A stretch of DNA of 64,000 nt from Histomonas meleagridis 2922-C6/04-290x (taxonomy: Eukaryota > Protista > Parabasalia), in assembly GCA_020184695.1 (NCBI GenBank), contig JAANOX010000241.1, positions 1 to 64,000 of the forward strand. The letters are read 5' to 3'. A program made the position numbers and the translations under genes. Positions 58,285 through 64,000 of the stretch are shown here, piece by piece. The notes beneath the pieces were generated by a model. The model worked only from the letters and a program-made list of their open reading frames with translations, did no database searches and was not told where the DNA came from. How positions within the stretch are numbered: the stretch's first letter is position 1; each line of letters starts with the position of its first letter.

Positions 58285-61173
58285 TTATTGAAGCACATTC
58301 ATAATTCTTTTTACATTTGATTGTTTTTCTTTGAGTTCCTCAAACACAGCGCTTAAAATGTCTGGATAATTTCCAACTATTGTCTTAAATAGCATAATCA
58401 AATTTTGCGATGTTACAGGATCGACTTTACATTTTTCCAATTTATTATTTGGGAGAGCGATAAACTTTGCTATTGCCAGAGCGACATTTTTCAAGATTAT
58501 TGGCTCAACATTTTGTATATTAGAGAACAAAGTCAATATACACTTAGCCATATTATCAGTTTCAAAGTGATCTTTCGGCGGGAAAAACCTTAAAGCTTGC
58601 AGCACGACTTCGTTCGGGAATTGCCTATCGATACATGCAACTTCTAAGAAAAGAGAAGAAAGATTTGATGTTAGATATCCATTATCGGAATTATCGGAAT
58701 TACTAGTGAAGTTTATAATTGATTCTTTAAACCAATTTAATAATATTGGAATTAAAGCTTTAAAACTTTCATAAAACGAAGGATATTTCTTAAGTAATAA
58801 TAACATAAAGAATGAAATAGAACCCCTTAAACCTGTGTCTTTAGTTTGTATTAATTGCGGAATTAAAGAAATTAATTTTTGAAGATTTTCTTGTGAAATA
58901 GTATCAAACACTATAAGTATATTACTAAATACTACGATTTGATAACTTTCTTGTGGTCGTTCTAATACTTTAATACATGCTTTAAATAATTGATCATTAA
59001 TATCTGATTTAACCATTAATATACGTGAAACGAAATCAAAGAATATATCCAATAAATTAATATTAATATCATCATTAGGATTAAGTAAAGATTTATGATA
59101 TAGAAATGGTAAATTACCTTCAAAGAATTGTTGGCATAATTGGAATGATACATTATAAAACAAATTCGAATTATTTTGTTTACAATATTTTAAGAACTTT
59201 GCTAATGCATGAAAACAATTCTTTCCAGTATCAATGTCATCAGTTTCTTTACACCTTGTAATGATATAATTAAATAATATTTGTGATTGTTCATCATTTA
59301 ATATGGGAATAAGTTTTTGAATACATAAAATGATTATATCATCATGATAACTTTTGTTAGCAAGTGTTTGTAATGATTGTATTATTTCGGGCACTAATTC
59401 ATATTTATTACCAAATCTTGCAACTAAACTTGCTATTTGTAATACCTTCAAACGCACTGAACTATTAAGAACTTTCCTTTGAATGAAATTACTAATGTAA
59501 GACCAAAACTCAAGCACGAATCCAATTGCATTTAGTTTATATATAATTAAAAGCTCATGCAAAAAACTTAATGCTTTTTCTTGTATTTCATCATTTCTTG
59601 ATTTTAAACATAATATTATTGATTCTTTTGTATCATTAATGATATTCATTATCGAATCTTCATCATGAACAATTAATTTGGCTAATATATATAATGAATA
59701 TGATTTAAGCATTATATGAGTTGGTTGTCTAATAAATGTTAACGCGAATTCTAAAATGGCTGAAATTTGTTGATCATTAATTTCTGCTTCATTATTTATA
59801 GATAACCCTAATATATCCATATAACTCCATTGATCTTCTTGCTTAATTTGATCTTTAATGGACCATATCGCTTCTAATGATCCTTGAATATATTGATCAA
59901 ATAAAATTGCTTGTACACATCTAAATGCTTGATGGCGAACATCTTTATCTTCAACAATTAAATATGGATAAATATATATCATTATTTCATTAATGAATGA
60001 TGAAAATTGATGTGTTTCTTCAAATTCAGCTAAAAGTGAACAACATGATTGAACAATTAATGAATCATTTGTTTGGAGGCCACTTTTTAGTAAATCTCTC
60101 AAAAATAACATGTCGTCCGAAAGTTGTTCAAAAGATTCAGACAAAATTGGTGAAAATAATGTAATTGCAGCTGCATTAATTCCTTTTGTGGTTAAGATTT
60201 CATTGATTTTGGTTTTGATAAATTGATAAATTGGTTGATGAGGAAAATATGTAAATGCTTCGACAATAGGTCCAATAAAATCATCAGGCGGTAAGCCTTC
60301 AGTTTCAGTAAACTTAACTGCATTAATTATCGAAATGTTTATAACTCCCAAAACTTGTTCAAGTTGAAGGACCCTAATTGATGGCTGAATTGCTGTAAGT
60401 GCTGATAAGGCCGAATCTGGTGATATGGAATCATTAGATATTGATGTAAGTATAGCAAGAATAAGATCAGGTGGACAAACACCAATTTGTATTAGTTCGC
60501 CCAATCTATTCCAATAGTTGTTTTGTATGTTTACTGGTTCATTTATTACAATTGGACAAAGTTGACAAAGACGTACAAAAGCATTTTCATAGCCTCTAAT
60601 GTCTTTGGAACATGACAATAAGACTTTAGTAAGTGAAATTGATATGTTAATAATGTCCCAATTATCCAGTTGAAGAAAATTACAAGCTATATTGGAAAAC
60701 ATTTGGTAACGTTGTTCAACATAATCGGGCTTAAGAAATGGAATGACTTTAACAAGTAAATTAAGGCGAATGATATTGGGATCATTTTGGATTTCAACAA
60801 TAAATTGTTCGATCTCGGGTAATAGTTTATGTGAAGAACTAGCAAAAAGTCGAATGATTTCAATATAGTTTTGGATGATAACAATATCTTGATTTGGAAT
60901 CATTATATTTCCTAAAATGAAATTACATATTTTCTTTCTTTTATTTAATGTAATTTCTTTGAGGTGCATTTCAACGTCCCTACAGAAGTATGTTGATGCA
61001 GCTTTTCGGGCTAATGGTTCACATGAATTTTGCAAAATTTCAATGAAAACGTCAAAAGATTGTTGTTGAAGAAGACCAAATATTTCATTCTGAGCTGCAT
61101 CAATTAGACTTTTATCATTTTGATATGTTGCAAGCATTACTGTTTCCCATTTTTGTAATTCTTCCTCATCCAT
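58285..61173 (-). CDS. Importin-beta family HEAT protein
   Basis: N-terminal LIDAAQNEI..EILQNSCEPLARKAAST (IBN_N-like); LIVEDKDVRHQAFRC HEAT. Confidence 0.7.
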   Translation of the reverse strand: MDEEELQKWETVMLATYQNDKSLIDAAQNEIFGLLQQQSFDVFIEILQNSCEPLARKAASTYFCRDVEMHLKEITLNKRKKICNFILGNIMIPNQDIVIIQNYIEIIRLFASSSHKLLPEIEQFIVEIQNDPNIIRLNLLVKVIPFLKPDYVEQRYQMFSNIACNFLQLDNWDIINISISLTKVLLSCSKDIRGYENAFVRLCQLCPIVINEPVNIQNNYWNRLGELIQIGVCPPDLILAILTSISNDSISPDSALSALTAIQPSIRVLQLEQVLGVINISIINAVKFTETEGLPPDDFIGPIVEAFTYFPHQPIYQFIKTKINEILTTKGINAAAITLFSPILSESFEQLSDDMLFLRDLLKSGLQTNDSLIVQSCCSLLAEFEETHQFSSFINEIMIYIYPYLIVEDKDVRHQAFRCVQAILFDQYIQGSLEAIWSIKDQIKQEDQWSYMDILGLSINNEAEINDQQISAILEFALTFIRQPTHIMLKSYSLYILAKLIVHDEDSIMNIINDTKESIILCLKSRNDEIQEKALSFLHELLIIYKLNAIGFVLEFWSYISNFIQRKVLNSSVRLKVLQIASLVARFGNKYELVPEIIQSLQTLANKSYHDDIIILCIQKLIPILNDEQSQILFNYIITRCKETDDIDTGKNCFHALAKFLKYCKQNNSNLFYNVSFQLCQQFFEGNLPFLYHKSLLNPNDDININLLDIFFDFVSRILMVKSDINDQLFKACIKVLERPQESYQIVVFSNILIVFDTISQENLQKLISLIPQLIQTKDTGLRGSISFFMLLLLKKYPSFYESFKALIPILLNWFKESIINFTSNSDNSDNGYLTSNLSSLFLEVACIDRQFPNEVVLQALRFFPPKDHFETDNMAKCILTLFSNIQNVEPIILKNVALAIAKFIALPNNKLEKCKVDPVTSQNLIMLFKTIVGNYPDILSAVFEELKEKQSNVKRIMNVLQ

Positions 61174-61889
61174 TTTTGCTAGACCAAAATCTCAAGTAAA
61201 ACGTTCGAAACTAGGGCACCCGAAATACTTTTTGTTCCATAATTTGAATTGGCATTGATCGTCCTGAGAAATTAACTTTTTGCGTTGATTTCACAGTTTT
61301 ATTCAATAAATGAGAGAACGTTATTTCTATAATGATCAACTTTTTGGTTCTCTTCCGTAACGTTAGTTTAATATAACATCATTAATTGATCAAAGAAACA
61401 AATGCAAATTATGACATTCCAAATTATCTTTTGTTCAATGGAAAGAATCTTTAGGTTAAAACGTTTGTTTATTTTGTTTATGCAAACCTAATAGCGTTTT
61501 TATTTATTCAAATTTTATACAAACCGTTTCACATCACATGTCCGAACAATTTTTTTTCCGAGAGATTTATGTCTCATCCGCGTAGACGTGCAAAACGACC
61601 GTTTTCCACAATTTACCACTACAGTTGCTAATTCATTACATTAAATATAAAAAGATATATAAAGATATCAGATTTGAAATTCAGTTTTTATTTAAACAAA
61701 AATGATTTTGCACACAGAAATGAATAGCTCAATATGACAGTTAAAACAAGTAATTAAAAGATTTTTAATATATCAGAAAATGGTTCTTTGACTTGATTAA
61801 AATCTTTGCTTCTTTGGGGCGCCCCGCTCTAAAATTTCAGAAACGATGCAGTTTCTTTAACGATCAATGAGTTCACTTCACTTATTTTC

Positions 61890-63311
61890 ATGGATATCAA
61901 AGATTGCCTTGAATTCTGCCGCAGCGCGTGGTCGGAAGGCGGTGTAGCGCTCGAAGGCCTTAAGAGCGTTATTCGCATTCCAAATCTTTCACCAGAGTAT
62001 GATGTCAATTTCTTAACGAATGGCCTCATCCAGAAAACTGTAGCCACCACCAAAGCCTGGATTGAATCCCTTGAGCTCAAAGATATTAACATCAAAGTGT
62101 ATGCTGACGAAGGACGCCAACCATTATTAATGGCTACAATCAAAGGCGCACCCAACTCAGAGAATGTCTTAACTTATGGACACCTTGATAAGATGCCACA
62201 TCTCGATCCAGCCAAATGGTCCGAAGGTTTATCTGCCACAAATCCTGTTGTCCGAGGCGACAAACTTTATGGCCGTGGCTCCAACGACGATTCTTACAAT
62301 CCGTTCCTCATTTTCACGTCGATTAAGTATCTTCAATCTAAAGGTCTTCCTCATCCCAACATGACAATTATCCTTGAAACAGGCGAAGAAAGTGGCGACG
62401 AAGAAATCACGCGATACTTCAACGAGCTTTTCACCACCATTGGCAAGATCGACTTCATATTCATACTCGATGGCGCCTGTATGGATTATGAACATTTCTG
62501 GTGTTGCTCTTCGCTTCGTGGCTTTGTTGGCGGCATTCTTTCAGTCGAACATTTGTCATCACCATGTCATAGTGGAATGGCAACTGGACTTGTTCCATCC
62601 ACATTCCGTATCATTCGTCAACTTTTGTCACGTATCGAAGATGAAAAGACAGGAGAAATACTCCTCAAAGAAGCCAATCTCCCAGAGATTAGTCAAACAA
62701 AACTATCACAGATCGATGAATGCGTTGAAACATTCGGCGATCATGTCCTTGATAGCGTTGTATTACTTCCAGGCGCTAAACCTCTTAAAGAGCAAATCCG
62801 CGACCAAATTATATATAACACATGTAAGCCAGGTCTTGCTGTAACAGGTTGCGACGGCGTTCCATGCATTGCAGAAGGATCAAATGTAATGCGAACACGT
62901 ACAGCATTGAAACTTTCGTTACGTATTCCGCCAGGAATTAAAGCAGAAAATGTTTCAGTAGCAATGAAGGAAACACTTGAAAAGGATCCGCCTTATAACG
63001 CTAAGGTTACATACACACCATTGAGCACTGGAACTGGTTGGGAATGTAATACATTTAAGCCGAAGATACAGGACGCTTTGTACAAGGCTTCAAACAGCGT
63101 GTTCGGTAGTAACCCATTGTTCTATGGCGAAGGTGCGTCTATACCTTTGACCAGTTTGTTGGCGCAGCTGTGGCCAGAATCACAAATAATGGTAACAGGA
63201 TGCGCTGGTCTGGACTCAAACCCGCACGGATACGACGAGAGTTTGGACCTCCCATACACTATCAAGTTTACTGCTGCGTTCGCACAGTTCTTAAATGAAT
63301 ACGCTAAGTAA
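61890..63311 (+). CDS. M20-family metallodipeptidase
   Basis: YGHLDKMP, LYGRGSNDD, GEESG, NPHGYDESL metal-binding motifs. Confidence 0.9.
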   Translation: MDIKDCLEFCRSAWSEGGVALEGLKSVIRIPNLSPEYDVNFLTNGLIQKTVATTKAWIESLELKDINIKVYADEGRQPLLMATIKGAPNSENVLTYGHLDKMPHLDPAKWSEGLSATNPVVRGDKLYGRGSNDDSYNPFLIFTSIKYLQSKGLPHPNMTIILETGEESGDEEITRYFNELFTTIGKIDFIFILDGACMDYEHFWCCSSLRGFVGGILSVEHLSSPCHSGMATGLVPSTFRIIRQLLSRIEDEKTGEILLKEANLPEISQTKLSQIDECVETFGDHVLDSVVLLPGAKPLKEQIRDQIIYNTCKPGLAVTGCDGVPCIAEGSNVMRTRTALKLSLRIPPGIKAENVSVAMKETLEKDPPYNAKVTYTPLSTGTGWECNTFKPKIQDALYKASNSVFGSNPLFYGEGASIPLTSLLAQLWPESQIMVTGCAGLDSNPHGYDESLDLPYTIKFTAAFAQFLNEYAK

Positions 63312-63651
63312 AAACGTATAATCCAGTGCCTTAATGTTTGGGAACTTATTTAAACAAACTGTGCATTTTCCATGTGACATTATTTTAAATAGAGATCGTA
63401 TGCAACTTGATCAAGTTTAAATGTTGTAAATATGAAATTATCACTTAAAATATTAATTAATGTGAAAACAATATCATAATTAACCATCGATCTTCAACTT
63501 ATTTTTTGAATATGAATACGATCATTTCCCATTCATTTGAATCCATCGTTTCTACAGTCGTCAATTTTTTGGGCGGTTATTTTGCATTTGATTTTCTTTA
63601 AAATCCAACCGAAAAGTGCCTCGAAAAGGAAACAGTTGACAAATTTCCCAA

Positions 63652-64000
63652 ATGCAGCCGATGGACAAATGGATTCCCAACATTCGGTATGAGATCAACC
63701 AGGTGCTCATCAACTACAAAAACGTGTATCTCCACAAGGCGAAGACTGCTTGTTTATGTGGCGAATTAAATAACGTATGCAAGCAAGTTCTTCCGCATGT
63801 GAAAATGCCCACCGACTCGCTTTCGCATGTCCAGAACTTGTTACGCCAAATAATTCAACACATTCACGATCTCAAAGATCTATTCTTCGAATTGACCGAA
63901 GCGAATCATCCGCGTCTTCTCTTGGAGAAGGAGCCGAACTATGTAATCGACAAACTCCAAAACTTTCGACAGAACTTCAACGGAATTATGAAAGAGCTCA
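63652..64000 (+). CDS. 5' part of a gene running off the window (helical N-terminus)
   Basis: Stop-free from ATG 63652: MQPMDKWIPNIRYEINQVLINY..NFRQNFNGIMKEL; absent from the ORF track because it has no stop. Confidence 0.7.
   Translation, partial: MQPMDKWIPNIRYEINQVLINYKNVYLHKAKTACLCGELNNVCKQVLPHVKMPTDSLSHVQNLLRQIIQHIHDLKDLFFELTEANHPRLLLEKEPNYVIDKLQNFRQNFNGIMKEL

Overview
AT-rich, almost intron-free eukaryotic DNA, most consistent with a parabasalid (Tritrichomonas/Trichomonas-like). The inference rests on DUF3447-ankyrin genes, a BspA-like gene, Maverick remnants and an M5-like CCTTT ahead of a ribosomal protein gene. Compact blocks of housekeeping genes (SPATA17-like, exportin-like, NBAS/Sec39, PanK, RPL26, PHF5A, PSMB4, Rpn11, SmD3, MEMO1, Pcc1, ENTH, two Rabs, importin-beta-like, M20 peptidase) alternate with accessory islands. 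The islands are nested decayed transposons (Maverick, hAT, Tc1 DD34E, pogo DD35D), a ~3.65 kb inverted duplication (4829-8471 / 38580-42256) and five DUF3447/ankyrin loci. The most unusual signal is in the ankyrin arrays. Intact 90-nt (30-codon) ankyrin cassettes recur every 170 nt. They are separated by an 80-nt AT-rich spacer that parses as 51 nt non-coding + 12 nt encoding the missing x-F/N-G-N/D/K hairpin + 17 nt non-coding. Removing the 51- and 17-nt pieces restores canonical D-x-x-G-x-T-A/P-L repeats, yet neither piece has GT-AG ends. All alignments and counts were done by eye; no database searches were run.
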